A stretch of 55,246 bases of DNA, counting the filler, from Bipalium vagum (Eukaryota), in NCBI GenBank assembly GCA_037834085.1. It is 3 parts of 3 records of this genome, joined end to end, with 100 filler letters (N's around TTAATTAATTAA, not from the genome) between each part and the next. Parts side by side here need not be neighbours in the genome. Positions count along the whole stretch, not along the records: positions 1 to 16,269 come from JBBMKC010119622.1; 2 more parts are not named here. The stretch is one strand, 5' to 3'. The notes under the pieces were generated by a model, which was not told the DNA's origin, ran no database searches, and saw only the letters and a program-made list of their open reading frames with translations. Within the stretch, counting starts at the first letter, position 1. Each line of letters begins with the position of its first letter. Of this stretch, positions 1 to 14,022 are shown piece by piece. Made by a program: the position numbers and the translations under genes.

Positions 1-158
1 ATGTAAAGTTAATGGTGTTTTGAAAAAATATATATTTTACCGGTTCACAATACATAGCATTTGGCCAATTTTTACTCCTGCCTTATACTCGCGTTTTGCA
101 TTTTTAATACTTTTTTACCCAATTTTGTATATCTCGCGTTATACTCGCGTATCTACGG
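1..158. mobile_element. Right end (TIR plus subterminal repeats) of a pogo/Tc2-type DNA transposon or MITE, truncated by the window edge
   Basis: Ends ...TTATACTCGCGTATCTACGG|TA (reverse complement TA|CCGTAGATACGCGAGTATAA). TTATACTCGCG is repeated. Same terminus style as the pogo element at 23805-24663. Confidence 0.55.
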
Positions 159-3100
159 TAAATGATGAAAATTATTTTAAATTGAGGTATGAATCTAGAA
201 TTGAAAATTGATTTAATTCGATGTTGTTATGACAATAGAAATTCTTCTAAAGCTGCAATTTTGGAAATCAAACACCAAAGAAATATGATTAATTAATTAA
301 TCCACATTATCCAAACATGTGGGGAAACTTGAGAAAACTGGAAGTGTTTTTTATATACCTAATGAGCAGTAGTGAACGTAAAATCGCCATTAAATGTTAA
401 ATTTCTTATATGGATGATAAGACGTGTACATTCGAAGATTATCACAATATTCTGTTTCCTGAGTTCAACGAATTTTAAAAGAAAAGAAGTTAAAACTTTT
501 AAAATACAGTTTTTCACGTGTTTGGGCCTCACATCAGTTTATTATTGGTTATAGAATACTGTTAAATCAAGGGTTTTTCATTACCAAAAACCGTAAAATC
601 TCCTTGAAATGGGAAAACAAAGAGGAAAGAAAAAAGAACAACCAGAGACTTGCAAACTACAATATTGTCCTTCTGACGAAGAATTGAGTTAATGTTATCT
701 GTTATAGGAAATCATTTTCGAGATCATAATATAGGGACTACTAATGTTTTTCATTTACTGTATATGTTAATTTTCATTAATAATAAAATATTTTTTGTGT
801 ATTTTATTTCTAATTTATTTTTTCCCTCGATTTTGATACAATCGCTTATAATTAAAATCTTTCTTTGATCAACGCTACAATGTGATTGGTATATATTTAC
901 AAAATTCTGTGATATAAATATTTATTTACTTTAAATATTTAAAATAATTATTAGAGTAAACCTTTTTAAATTATTAAAATGTATTAAAACAAAAATATAA
1001 AATAAATTAAGATATAAATCATATTTCACCTTGTAATTCAATAATTTTTATTTTTGATTCAACATTTTATCTTTCGGATAAAATTACTATTTTAATCTCA
1101 AAGTAGATTATTATTAATACATGCTTAAAAGGAATTAATTCACTTTCTTTCTTAATGTAATTGATTTGAAGAAAAGTGATGAAAATTTTGCGAATGATAG
1201 GCTCGTATGATTTCAGAGCTTATATTTAAATTTTTCAAAGGAAAATTATATAGGAGAATAAATTATTAATAATTAATATGAATATGGAATTATTGACAAT
1301 TGTTGACAAAACATTATTGATTTCAGTTATAATTATGTTATTGACATTATTTTTTGAATCTATTACTTTTTTAAAATCAAAAATGTCCTAGGCAATACTG
1401 CTAATCACTTTAAGTACATATGGTCAAATTATTACTAATCTTGATCACTTTCCTCAATTTAGTCAATTTATCTATGCTTTTGTAAGATTTTTTAAAATAT
1501 TTATTTTAATATACTTTTTTTAATAAATCATGTAAAGAAAAATAATGACATTTGGAAAAAGTCTATTTCAAACATGAATATGTTTTGCTGCAAATAAAGT
1601 TGAAATTATTCAATAATTTTTTGAGCCATTTTTCTAAACTATGATTTTGAATTGATAAGTTTGAGCTTTATGTTAATTTATCATAAATGTAATTATGATA
1701 AATGCCCATTTTATATTTTTGTAAAAAATACTTGGTTTACTAGAATTTTTAAATTTTTCTGTTAAAGGTTAGTTTGGATTTAAAAATGTTTGCTCATTAT
1801 GAAATCAAAATTTTTTTGATATATTATACTGTATATTCTTACTATCATCTTTCAACTACTTTATTTCTAGTTTGTAAAAATTAAGAGAAGAAAACATGTC
1901 AATGTGACTTTAACGGACTTCTTTTCAATGAATATTTTCCAGTTCATGTAATTATGTAGTGATCGAAATAAAAAGTAATGATAGGATCTAAGATCGGTGA
2001 CTACAGAGGATGAGGAAACACATTCAACTCAAATGCCAATAATTTGTTCTGAATGACCAATGATATGAGTTAGAGCATTTTCGTATTGCATATCTTGATC
2101 TCCATATTGTTAGTAGAATTTTCCTATAAACTATATTATTTAACCAACTGAATAAGTTTATTGTGAAAAAAAATTAAAAATTCTTTTATTGAAAATCGTA
2201 TGAATTTATTTACCAGTTTATTCACGAATTCTGTAATTATTCATTTTTTTTCTGTTTAATATATTTATAACTTTCTCTGATCTTGAAAATTTTATAAAAA
2301 TCAAAAATATAAATAATAATCCGAACAGAACCAAATGCGCAATTCTCAGCTTTAATATTGGAACTAATATCAGAATAGATCAACATTGAGTTTTTATGTG
2401 AATTAATGTAAGGTTTTGTATTAATAATGAATGAAATAAAATTATTCATCTATAAACCGATTATCATTAGAACATCAGTTCAAACAAGATCAAATGGTCT
2501 TGAATGAGAGTCAGCTTAACAAAAGAAAAATGGTAACCAATCTAAGAATAGATTCCAAAATACACTTGTTAGAAAAAAAACTATTAAGTCATTATTTTAA
2601 AAAGATTGCAATTACATATATTTTATATTTATATAAAATATTTATTGTGTATATATATATATTGTAAATATTGTATATTTATTATAACTTAACAAAACCT
2701 ATTAATGAATTATTTTAATTTCTTCAAATCAAGTCGAAATTGTAAGCATTAAATAAGTATTGCAACTTTATAAATTGATCTTTATCTTAATTGAGAAACT
2801 AATTTTTGTATGTTGTATTGAAAAAATCTTCGAGTTGCAAAATTCTTTTCAATAAATTTCTTTTCATGTTATCTTCAAAAAAATAATTATGTTATCACAC
2901 GTTATGGGAGTTTTTGTATGAATAATAACTGTGATTTTTTGTTATTTTTATTTTTTTCTGTTATTATCTTTTTAAAGAATCTTTTATACTTTTAAAATGT
3001 AGACTTTTTTTACTTCTTATTTTTCATTTGAATTTTTAGTTTAAGTGAAAAATAATTTTTATTCATCCTGTTGTAATGATATTAATAAAACCATTTTTTA

Positions 3101-3542
3101 AAATTTTAAAAATGATTGTAATAATTTTTATGGTAAATTTACAATTTTTAAAATGCTAAAGGCTTTTTTAAATTAATCAAATAAAGGTTTTAAAATAAAT
3201 AAATAAATTTTATAATTAATTTTTGTTAAAAATATATTTCAAGTAATTAATTTCCTTCAATATTAAATTAAAGGTTAGGGCATTCACACTACCAAACAAT
3301 ATTCCATGAAATAGAACAAATTTCTGGTTGAATAAATTGATTTTAAATCAGTGTAACTAATTTTTGTTTTTATCAATTTTTATTGATTTTCAAATTTAAA
3401 TTTAATTTCAAAAATAAAAAACTAATATCTCGTATTTTGAAGTTATCAAGTTTTATCGATTTTTTTCAAAAAATTGTTTTGTAATGAAGTTTTATTTTTA
3501 CTTATAATAGAAAAAACCTTTTTTGATTAGGAATATATTTAG

Positions 3543-5061
3543 ATGACACAAAGATTATATGTTCATGGTATTCAAGATAATTCAAACCTTCCTTCTGTTT
3601 CCACCAGACAAAATTTTAACGGTTTCCATGTGGATAGAATTAAAAATGTGACTTCTTATGGATCATCATTTATTAACAATACTAATCCTCAGACAATGTT
3701 CTCTGCTCAGAACACACAGTCTGGTGAGTATAACAATTACCGTAATAATCCAAAACAAATTAGATCACAAAATGTATTTTATTCCCAACAAATTAATGAA
3801 GCAGCTAATGATAAGAACCACAACGGAGATTTTCATAATGTAAATTCAGAGAATGCTAAAAAAGTCAATTTAAACAAACATAACAATAATATATTATTAT
3901 CTGAAAATAATAAAGTTCAGTTTGCAGAGAACACTAAATTGTCTGTTCCTAATTCTGCAAATCGCAAAGAGGCCGTGTTTATCCAACAACCTGAATGTTT
4001 TGAAAGCGACGTGTCTTCCAATTTGAAAGAGATGTGTTTGGAAAGCTTACCCAATAATTCTGCATCTGAATCTACTGAAACCGGAAACTCTGGTATAACG
4101 AGAGAACATGTGATACCTATTGATTACATTTATTCTAATAATTATTATGGTCAAGCACTTCCTGTCCATGACAACAGAAAAAATATTTCCTATATAAGTC
4201 ACCAAATGCCTATTCAATTGATTTCGGTTCAAGGGCCCGTCGTTCTTAATAACAGTATTAATCCGAATCTCAGAAACATACATACTTATCCTCATTATTG
4301 CTTAGCCCCAATAGTCGATTACCAAAATGATAAAATGAAGCAACAGGATTCCGTTGCACATGAATCTAAAAACCAAGACTCAACAGTTACAAATAATTTG
4401 GAACCAATTCACCAGAACAATGATCTAATTGATGAATCTCATGTATTTTACAGTTCAGATCCAATTAAATCACAGCAAAACATTTATCAATATCCACACA
4501 ACGGAGATATAAATTGTTTGACGAACTTCCCATATGGCGCAACAAGTGAACCAAATCTGTCTAATATCTCGTTAACAGAGCAAACTAATTTTCAAAATCA
4601 TTGTCAACCAAATAATCTGTTCAAAGAAACTGGTAACATAACCGAAAAACAGAATGACAAAGATTTTTCGACAAGCTCCCATTCTAAACTAGAAGACAGT
4701 AATCCAGATGCTCCACGAAAGATTGGTAAATTTATCGTAACAAATGTGATCCAAACCAGTGAACCGGTGACAACAGTTTTGAAATCTAAAGAAAACACTG
4801 AAAACTCATTAAATCGTACTCCCAATTTGGACTTCGTGCATGAAGATCCTCCGAAACTTGCAAGACCTCAACAAAACTCGAGATTCAAGAAAACGAGAAT
4901 TAGAGAAACCGTTGAACGGTGGTGTATGAATGGTCTCAATGCGTACGATTGCAGATTTAAAATCATTCCTTCTAAGATTATGGCTCTGTATAATTCAAAA
5001 CCTGATTATCTGTCAAAGGGGATCGACATGGATTTAAGTTGCACGAAATGTGAAACTCATG
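3543..5061 (+). CDS. Large coding exon (506 codons) of an N/Q/S-rich protein, possibly a TSC22/Bunched long-isoform-like gene
   Basis: Long ORF with more GC than its flanks, AG immediately before the ATG, donor CATG|GTAAAA at 5061/5062 (phase 1). The ORF tail after 5061 is intronic ATT repeat. Motifs RKIGKFIVTNV and SRFKKTRI...RW. Confidence 0.75.
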
Positions 5062-6394
5062 GTAAAAAAATTAATTTTGAAATAATAATCAATTATTATT
5101 TATTTATTATTATTATAATTACTATCATGTGTATTATTATTATTATTATTAATTATTATTTTTTCTACTAGTAATAATATATAATTCACAAAATATTTTT
5201 CATATAAATTTACTCAATAAATATGGAAGTGACTAATTAATCTTAAATAAATATAATTTTCTTGGAAATACTTTTATATAATTTAATTTTTCTTATCTAA
5301 CTCTAATTAAAACAAATAACTGTTGACATTAGATTATTTTTTATTTGAAATATTTTCTGTCGATCAGGATATTTTTATTTTTTATTAATTTTAATTTTAA
5401 ATTTATAATCCACAGAAATATTTTTTAAAAATTATTAACAATTTTAGAAAAATATTTTTTTCAGTAAATAAAATATTAATATCATTAATCAATTAAAGAG
5501 GATAAATATATAAATTTTCTTTCAATAATTTAAATCTTCCATGACAAATCGTCACTGATTATCAAATTGATAAAAATGGCTATTGTAATAATAGTTATGA
5601 TATAAATTATAAAAATAGTTAAATATTCTTATCGATGTTATTATTTTATTTCATTATATCCCTGGCTTGATCAATTATTATTATTAGTTTATTAATAATA
5701 TTATTACTATGTAATATTTTAGTTGTATTATTTTAAGTTCTCGAGTAAAAAAACTTTCCAATTGATTTTTTGAAAAAAGTATTTAAGATATTTTTCTTAA
5801 TTCTTAAATTAAATTTTTCTTAGTTTTCTCATTTCCAATTTCGAAAAAGTATAACAAGTTTATTATTTTTCTGTTACTGAAAATGTTTAGATATTGGAAA
5901 ATCATTGGTGTAAACGTCAAGAAATGTAATTTCTTAATTTAACTGTTTTTAAAATAAATTAAAAATCAATTTTAAAAATAAAATTTAAAATAAATTATTT
6001 TACTTTGTTATTAAAATATTTTTCAGTAATCGATTCATATTTGATTTATATTTTTTCTTAAAAGATGCCGTTTTCTTTTTAAAATGTAATCTCTAATATT
6101 ATTTTGGTTATTTTAGAAACTATTTGTATTTATGTGTATTATAGGTTTTTAAGTATCACTCCGCTTTTTAGTATTTATGAATTTTATTTTCAAATAAAGA
6201 AAGTTTTATAATATGGATTGTTCTTTATCTGAAGTACTGTTAAAGTACTTTTTCATCTTTTCAATGTTCAAAATAAAAAAAACGGTTATACAGGATTTAG
6301 ATGACAAAATTCACACCTAAAAATACAAATTTTGTACAGTTTTACTTTCCATATTCAATTTGAAATAAATGGATATTGGTGAGCATAAATTACT

Positions 6395-6545
6395 TTAAAG
6401 GCCTATGCAAACGTGCTTTAGCTGAAAAAAATTCCAAAAATGGCATCAACGATTTAAATTGGAGATTTCGATGTGAACGATAAAAAACGTAGAAAACAAT
6501 TAAAAATATTTAAATACGGATAACTGCAAGAACAGATTGATGCTT
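6395..6545 (+). mobile_element. Mariner transposase N-terminal relic
   Basis: With frameshifts it reads ..KWHQRFK.GDFDVNDKKR.., like Mos1-type WFxRFKSGDFDVxD. Confidence 0.5.
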
Positions 6546-6564
6546 CTCTGAATGTTAATCTTAG

Positions 6565-7502
6565 TATCAAACGTCCAGGAAATATTTCATCAAGCCATTA
6601 TCGAACATCTTTGGTGTAGTGCGCAGGTGCTCCATCTTGTTGAAAATAAAGATCACCAAAATGAAGGAACTCATTAAAAATAGGAAACAATTTAGTCTTC
6701 ACCATTAACAGTTCCTTCAAAGAAGAATGAGCCAACTAGGCCAGTGCTGCAGATTCCACCCCAGACTGACTCCACAAACATTGACTTCCGTTTCAATAAT
6801 CTTCAATACGATGGGGATTCTCACTGTCCCAATAAACACAACTGTATCTGTTAACACCCCCATTAAGCTTCATCACTCCATAAGATGCAATGCAAAATTG
6901 TACACAATTTTCTCAGCATTCTAATCGTTTATCCGGTTCATCCTCATTTTGGGACATGTCGAAGGCGAGGTAAATATGGTTTTAGACCAATGTCATGCAA
7001 GATGAGGTTCTAGAAATGTTCAGGTCTTTCGATGCCTGACGGAAAAATTTTTTTGGAGAGCGAACAAATTCAGCTACCACTAGATCCTTGTTTTCTTTTG
7101 AAAGAAACTGTTTTCGGACGACTTTCTTGAGGAGCATTTGACACACTTCCAGTTAATTCAAATTTGTACAGTTGTTCTGAAGTTTGTTTCTCGTCATTCT
7201 TCAACTTGCTTGTAGCTAATCTTTGTATAGTAATTCCTAATAAAGAAAATACGTTCGTTGTAATCTTAAGTCCTTCCCTGCATTTTTAAGAATGGGGGTT
7301 CAGAAGCGAACGCTGAACAAAAATCAAGCAATGAAGTCAGAATGAAATTAATTATATCACGCAACGAAGGTATATCACACACCACAGAAGAAAACGAAGT
7401 TTCAAAAATAACAAAATATTATAAAAGAAGAAAATACATTAGTCGTTTATGATATCTAATTTTTATTTAAGTTTGCGGTTCGGTCACTTTTGGGACACCC
7501 TG
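6565..7502 (-). mobile_element. Decayed Tc1/mariner element of the DD41D (rosa)/maT-like type; left TIR intact, 3' part missing
   Basis: Terminus TA|CAGGGTGTCCCAAAAGTGACCG at 7502. Minus-strand peptides MQGRT*DYNERIFFIRNYY, KFELTGSVSNAP and GDLYFQQDGAPAHYTKDVR*WLDEIFPGR. Confidence 0.75.
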
Positions 7503-7759
7503 TATATTTTTATGGACGTTATGATTATGAAAACCACATAATACAAGTTTAGTATTATTATTATTATTATTATCATTATCATTTTTAATGAAATTATTCA
7601 TATTCTTAATATTTCAAAAATATTTTAATATTTCCAATGCCAAAATGTAATATCAGTTTCATGTAAAAATATTTCGTACTATTGTTAACAAATTATAAAT
7701 TTAATAATATAAATTCATTAGACAAAACAATTTATACATGAATAATGAGCAAATGTCCA

Positions 7760-8100
7760 ATGATTCATTCGTTCTTGATATTTATTTCGGAAAAAAAGGA
7801 AGGTAGCTTGACATTTGACTGCTGACAAAGATAGAGATAACATTTTTTCCAAAGCCCTTTCGAGTTGTTTATTTTTGTTTGGGTGTTGCATTTATCCCGT
7901 GAAATGTCTACTTATATTTTTAGAATTTTCAAATGAAAAGATCATCGAATTATTGAATCATTCTCGACTTCTTTTTTCATTTGACATTGTGCACTTTTCC
8001 ATTATGACGAGATACATTTTTTACAATTTTATTTTACAATTTTATTTATTGGCTGTAGCCGTTTGGAATAGCTTGGTTGTAATCGCGCCAGATAACTTTT
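7760..8100 (-). mobile_element. Possible hAT transposase C-terminal (dimerisation) relic
   Basis: The minus frame reads QLERALEKMLSLSLSAVKCQATF..RNKYQERMN, loosely like hAT LLSIPxTSVxCERxFS..RxRL. Contains stops. Confidence 0.3.
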
Positions 8101-11100
8101 AATTCTGTAAATTCTTGAAAGGTGAATATCAGTCTATCAGTGGCTGTCTGTCTGCAAAATAGATAATTCCTGCAGTGTAATCGTGTCACTTAGTCTTAGT
8201 CTTCTTAGCATTGCAGAATATTAATATTTCTCTACTGATTTTATTCATCATTTCCAGATTAATCTGTTACTTAATAATCAAAATATCATTACTAAACAGA
8301 AAATGTCATTTTTTCCACCCAATGATTTGTAATATCTATGGTGTAGGTTGCCCTAGGATAATAATATTTTTTTGAAGTGATTATCTACAAAATCAAATTC
8401 ATATTGAAAAAATCCTTGATAAAAATTGTATGAATAAAATCAATAAAAAATTAATTATTAAATAAATATAATTAAAATTCAATTTGTACGCAATCAATTG
8501 GACATTTTTAAAAATATCTTTCTTTTACAGATCCATGTCTGACTCTACTGCAGTTTTTATTTACCTTTTATTATGTTTTCTTTTAATCATATTTTAATTT
8601 AATAATATTACAACACAAAGATAATATTTTATCTAGTAATCAATATTGTTCTGATTCTCTTGCAATTCTCATGTCACATCCCTAGTCTCTTAAAAATTTT
8701 GAACAAAAATTTTATTGCATTCTTTTCTATGCACATCTTTGTTATATTTATATGTAATGTAATCAGATTGGAAATATGTCACTTCACTCTGTTAAGCATT
8801 GAAAGTACTTATAGATTTGTAAAATTTTTAAAAGTAAATTTGTGAAATGATGGTGAAATGGTGTCGCAAAAAATCAGATATTTTCTACGAGTTTATTAAA
8901 TTGTAAATCAAGATATTGTGCGACGAAAGATTAAAATCCCAATTCTTTAATTGATGTTGAAAGATTAAGTGAAAAATTTTTATCCATCTATAGTTCTTGG
9001 TTGATTCGATGGGAGGGGATAATTTTGTAAAAGACAAATAATTATTCCTTTATATCCTTTTTCCTGGTCCCTGGCTTTGTAATTCTGTAATAATATTGAT
9101 TTCATATTGATTGAGTTCATAGAACCTATATATTAAAAATTGCACTTTGGAACTAGTTAATCCTATAAATAAATTAACTGAAAACCATTTTATAAAATTT
9201 AAAGCAAACAAATGTTTAATCAAAAATTTATTATAGATAACTTCTTTTGATTATTGATTTTCAAAGGATCGACTTTAATCGTTCAGGAAATTATTGTCGG
9301 CTTTTAGGAATGTCTTTTATTATCAAATAAAGATCCATAAAACTCGTGTTATTTCGTCAGATAACAAATTGACCAGGGTGGGGTTTATTTGTTTTATGCC
9401 GAAAACTAGAAAAGTTTCATGTCACTATATGCATGGAAAACATGTAGTTCTGTCTGAAAATATTTCAGATAAAATATCTCTATCCATAAATATTTTATTA
9501 AATCTTTTAAATCAATTTAATTTTCGCTGATATGCAAAGGGATGGGATATTTTAGAGCTGCATTTTTAGAATTCCAATAGATTAATTAATTGATTTGTTC
9601 ACAGTTGTTTATGTTCTTAGTGCTTATTTCGTCAAATTTCTATCTAATTTTCTTTTTTGAGGGGGATAGATTTCTTATATTATGACAAATATCTATTTAA
9701 AAATATTTTCTGAATTTCATTCTAGTCTATTATAATAAATACGAGATATTTATTGATAAAATGAAGCCATATGAGAACAATTTTAATCGGTGTTACTTTT
9801 ATACATTTTCGTAATAAATGGTTTAATAATTATTATTTTCAGCTCCTAGACGAACAAGGAGACATTTTTCGTTAATAATATTTCATTTCAATAATTAAAT
9901 TAACGGATTAAAATCGACTTGATATTTACAGATATTTCAATTACTGTTTTATATATCAATCTTTTCTCCATAACATTTTGGAAATTTAATAAAATTTGTA
10001 TATAATAAAATATAATAATTTATCTTTTATTTTTTATAAGAAATATTTGTCGTTAATGTTTAATTATATTAATTTACGGTTTTATTATAAGTAAAGATAT
10101 ATTGTTATGTATATTTTTAAATACTTTCAATGTTCATTTTTCAATGAAACAATTTTTGAACATATGTATTTTATTTACACATTATAATATATAATTTTTT
10201 CTTAAATAATTTAAAATTTATTAAAATAATATATTTTTTGGAAAGGATAAAATTTTCTTTTTTTATCATAATTCTTCCGAATTCATAGAAACCCAAAAAA
10301 TTTTTTTAATCCATTTATACTTTCCCAATTGACATTACAGAAAGTAAATAAATCATAAATAAAAGATATTCCAAAAAATAGCTAATCAATTGGGAATAAT
10401 TTCTCAAATTAATTTTTTTAATGTTCGTATTAGTAATTTTTGATAATTTATATTGATTTTTAAATTCATTACATTAAATTCTAAAAAATTTTGAAAAAAG
10501 TAATAAATTATAATAATGATAGTAATAATAATAATAAAAGATATATATTAACTAATTGTTTCATTCTATGATGTTTAATTTTGAGACCGGAGTCTTTCAT
10601 TTATTTTTTTCTAGAAAATCATTTTAGAAAAAATATTGATAATCATTGTCTAATAAAAATGAAAAAAACGTTGGAATTCTGTTAATAATCAGTTAAATAT
10701 TTCGTAAATGTTTTATTAAAACATAAATAAAATGTATATCAACTATTTTAACTTTTAAAATTTTTAAAAGTTAAATGAATTAATATTACTTAATTATCAA
10801 TTTCGTATCACAGTGTTTCAGAAAAATGAATTTAATTTATTAATTATCTTTTGTAACAGTTTTAAGTTATTATTTTTTTAAACATTAATTTATTAATGAT
10901 AAGCATATACCCGTTGGGTTGCAATGATTGATTTTTATAAAAAAATGATAAAAATCATTTTGGGGTGCACACAATTATACATTATTTTTATTTTAACTAC
11001 ACAAATGAACCAACATTATTGAACCAGTTAACTTTTAAATTATTTATCTGGCATTTAGAGATTCATGGCACAGCGACCTGAAGTAAAACACATTGATCTA

Positions 11101-12299
11101 AGAATTAATAATTTGGTTTTCATGGGACCAAAATGTAAATGGATAGGTAGAGGTACAGTTAAAATAAGATCAGTAAAGTAAATGTCTTTGCAGTTGGTAA
11201 ATAATAAAGTACTTTCAAAAGTATGGCAGATTTAAATTTAGTAGATCTGATCATAAATGGAGTTCAAAAATCTGACCATACATTAGATATGGTACAATTT
11301 AGAGATGTGTAAGAATAAAAGTTTGTAGTAGAAAAGTGTCAAGAAAATACAAGTTAAGAGAGGTAATTGTCAAAACAGGATTACTTGTTTGAAAAAAATC
11401 TGAAAAAACCCATAGGTTTTTAATAATTACTTCTTAGCAAATATGTTTCTTTAAGTTTTGATTTATAATTAAATTAATTCCAAAACTAAGTAAGAAATAA
11501 AGTTAAAAGTAAGAAATAAAATTATTTCCAAAAAATTTTCAAAATCTTCTCGTATTTTTATGATGAAGTAGTTCGTTGAGTCCACTGTCAAAATTTTTCA
11601 TTAGATTTTTGATTAATTGTAATCTAGCTTAATTATCATATTAACTCAAACCATAGAATCGTATTTTTTCGTGATCGATTCAATAATTATAATTGATGAT
11701 TATTCTTTTCACACGAGCTTTGTGTTTCCGGCTTACCCTTGTAAAATTTTTAAACATATTTTGAATTATTCCCAAAAAGTCTCTTGATCGTTTAATGTAT
11801 TGTATTAGATAAAGAAAAGTACTGCCACGACGTGGATTATCACAAGAAAGAGTTCAAGTTCTGGCACAATGGTAATCATATTGATCTGTGCAGTGAATTG
11901 GAAGAAGATATCGAAAACTATTGTCGCTTTCATGCTAAAATTCTTAAACGTACGTTCTTTATCGTTTCATCAATAATTTATATTGGTTTGAATGAAAGTA
12001 AAGTATTTCACATATCGAGAATTATGAATTCATTGATCTCTGAGATCAGAGAATAAAATTTATTTGCGTTTCTTAAAGTTATTCTTCTCACGTTTTCTGT
12101 CATATAATTAGATGGATTTTAATAACAGATTTGAGAGAATTTACATTTACAGGAAAATAATTTGGTGTTTCAAAAATGCAGATTTTATTATTGTTTCATT
12201 TATCATCATTTATATCAAAATTTTATTTTAAAAATCGTCTATAATCTATTTTCTAAATGTTTTGATTTGTGAATCGAAAATAAACGTTCAGTGTGAATA

Positions 12300-13140
12300 C
12301 GAAAGTGGATTGATAAGTAAGCTACCTTACAAAGTAGTGTCGTCCAAAAATAAAATAAACTTTATTATTGAGAAGTATGATCAACGAATTTAAAAATATT
12401 AAATTTTTATATTAATTCATGCGTTAGGTTTTTTGGTTTAAATCGTGTGAAATAAGCAATGAAAAATGTTGAAAAAAATTTCTTGTATTGATTAAACAAT
12501 ACTTTAAATAGGAAAGTAGCTAAAGAAACATCCAGGTAAGCTCAAGAAACATTACGTTGAATCTGCTTCATCAGATTTCATGGTGAAATATTGGTTCGCT
12601 GAATTCAAATGTGGTCGATCAAGCTCAATTGACGAACAACTATGATGTCGTCCGAAGAGATGACTACGCCAGAAATGATCAATAAAATTCACGATATTGT
12701 TTTGGAAGATCGTAGAGTGAAAGTTCGTGAGATAATCTCAACGAAGAATTAAAGAAGGATCGACCTTGTTTGCCAACGAAAAATGCTTTTCAATCATGAC
12801 AATGCACCTGCTCATAGAAACTGTAAAACTGAGCCAAGATTGCATGAATTTCGTTTCGATTTGCTTCTATATCCAGAGTATTTTCCAGATTTTGTGTCGC
12901 TTCATCTTTTTTTTTGTTTACAGAATTTAAAAAATGACTTGGAGGAACAGATCCCAGTCAAACGATGACTTTATAAGCTATAAAACTGAGTATTTTGAAG
13001 TTTATGATAAAGGCTACTTTTCCAATGGTACCATAAAGCTCGAACACCTTTGGAAAAGTGCATAAACCTAAAAGATTATTGTTGAAAAATAAAAATAAAT
13101 TGATTTTTACTTAGGTTTCTTACTTATCAATCCCTCTTCG
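12300..13140 (+). mobile_element. Internally deleted mariner (irritans/Himar1-like), 841 bp, with both TIRs and TA TSDs
   Basis: TA|CGAAAGTGGATTGATAAGTAAG ... CTTACTTATCAATCCCTCTTCG|TA. Peptides WFAEFKCGRSS, MTTPEMINKIHDIVLEDRRVKVREI and HDNAPAH. Confidence 0.9.
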
Positions 13141-13646
13141 TATAAGCACTGTGTTTGAATTTTTTTTACTTTTAATTTTTGAAAATCTTTTATAATCTAA
13201 TTCATTGTTGGTAATGCTTCTTAGTATGTGTGATTTTATTGATAAAGTAAATCATTTTAATTTGAACCATGGTTGACAAAGATTTTTGCCGAATATTGAC
13301 TTTTGTTTCAGATAAACACAGTCATTAGAACTTTGTTTCGATTCCAAAATTACAGGATGCCCAGTTTGACAGTGCTTTAATATTAATCTTACTATAACAA
13401 TTTCAAAACGATTTAGATAAATTTAATTATCATCTAAGGATTTTCTGTGATTATATTTTCGTAATTTTACTACATATTGTTAAATACGAGTATTAAAAAA
13501 AGAATTTGTAATTTAAGTTTGACATAATCATAGGGGACATTTTTAAAGGTGACCAATAATTAGAAAATTACACCTGCTTATCGAAAGCATGAATGATTAA
13601 TTTTTCATTATGTTTTCATATTAATAAAATTTTTTAAAAATTGTAG

Positions 13647-14022
13647 TGTTAAACCAAAATCAAAACCTGAGTCTTTCAAAATATTCAAATAACTCTTTCG
13701 ATATTTCCGAAAATACCAATTTGGCAACATCTCAGTTATTCCAAACGGTTTTAATCTCATCCCCGGAACACGAAAATTACTTTATCAATACCCAGGCTCC
13801 GCATGTTTTATTGTCAGCCCCTCCCGTTAGCCCATCGGTAATGAACACGGCTGCGTCCATATCCAATCTGCCAACAAACATCCAAAGTCCACGTTCTGCC
13901 ACTACAATGGTGATGTTGAAATGTGCAACGCCAGTATTATTATCAAATGCAACCCGAAATGCCACCTTGATAAATGAATCAATATCTATCGAAAAACTCA
14001 ACCACATACCCGGATCGAATAT
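13647..14022 (+). CDS. Internal S/T/P/N-rich exon, probably a downstream exon of the 3543 gene
   Basis: Acceptor TTGTAG| at 13646 in phase 1 matches the donor at 5061 (ETH-V-LNQN). Donor AT|GTAAGA at 14022. Open frame throughout with coding-like composition. Confidence 0.7.

Noticed and set aside
5062-5171. Apparent C-terminal transmembrane segment (IIIIITIMCIIIIII) of the 542-aa ORF
   Set aside because: It is translated (ATT)n repeat downstream of a splice donor at 5062, so it is intronic.
10900-11750. Possible Helitron-like non-autonomous element (ATACCCGTTGGGTTGCAA start)
   Set aside because: No convincing terminal hairpin or CTRR end; resemblance is too weak.
11832-12056. 74-aa ORF with coding-like composition
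   Set aside because: GTG start, no recognisable motif or clear splice sites; probably an unclassified repeat relic.
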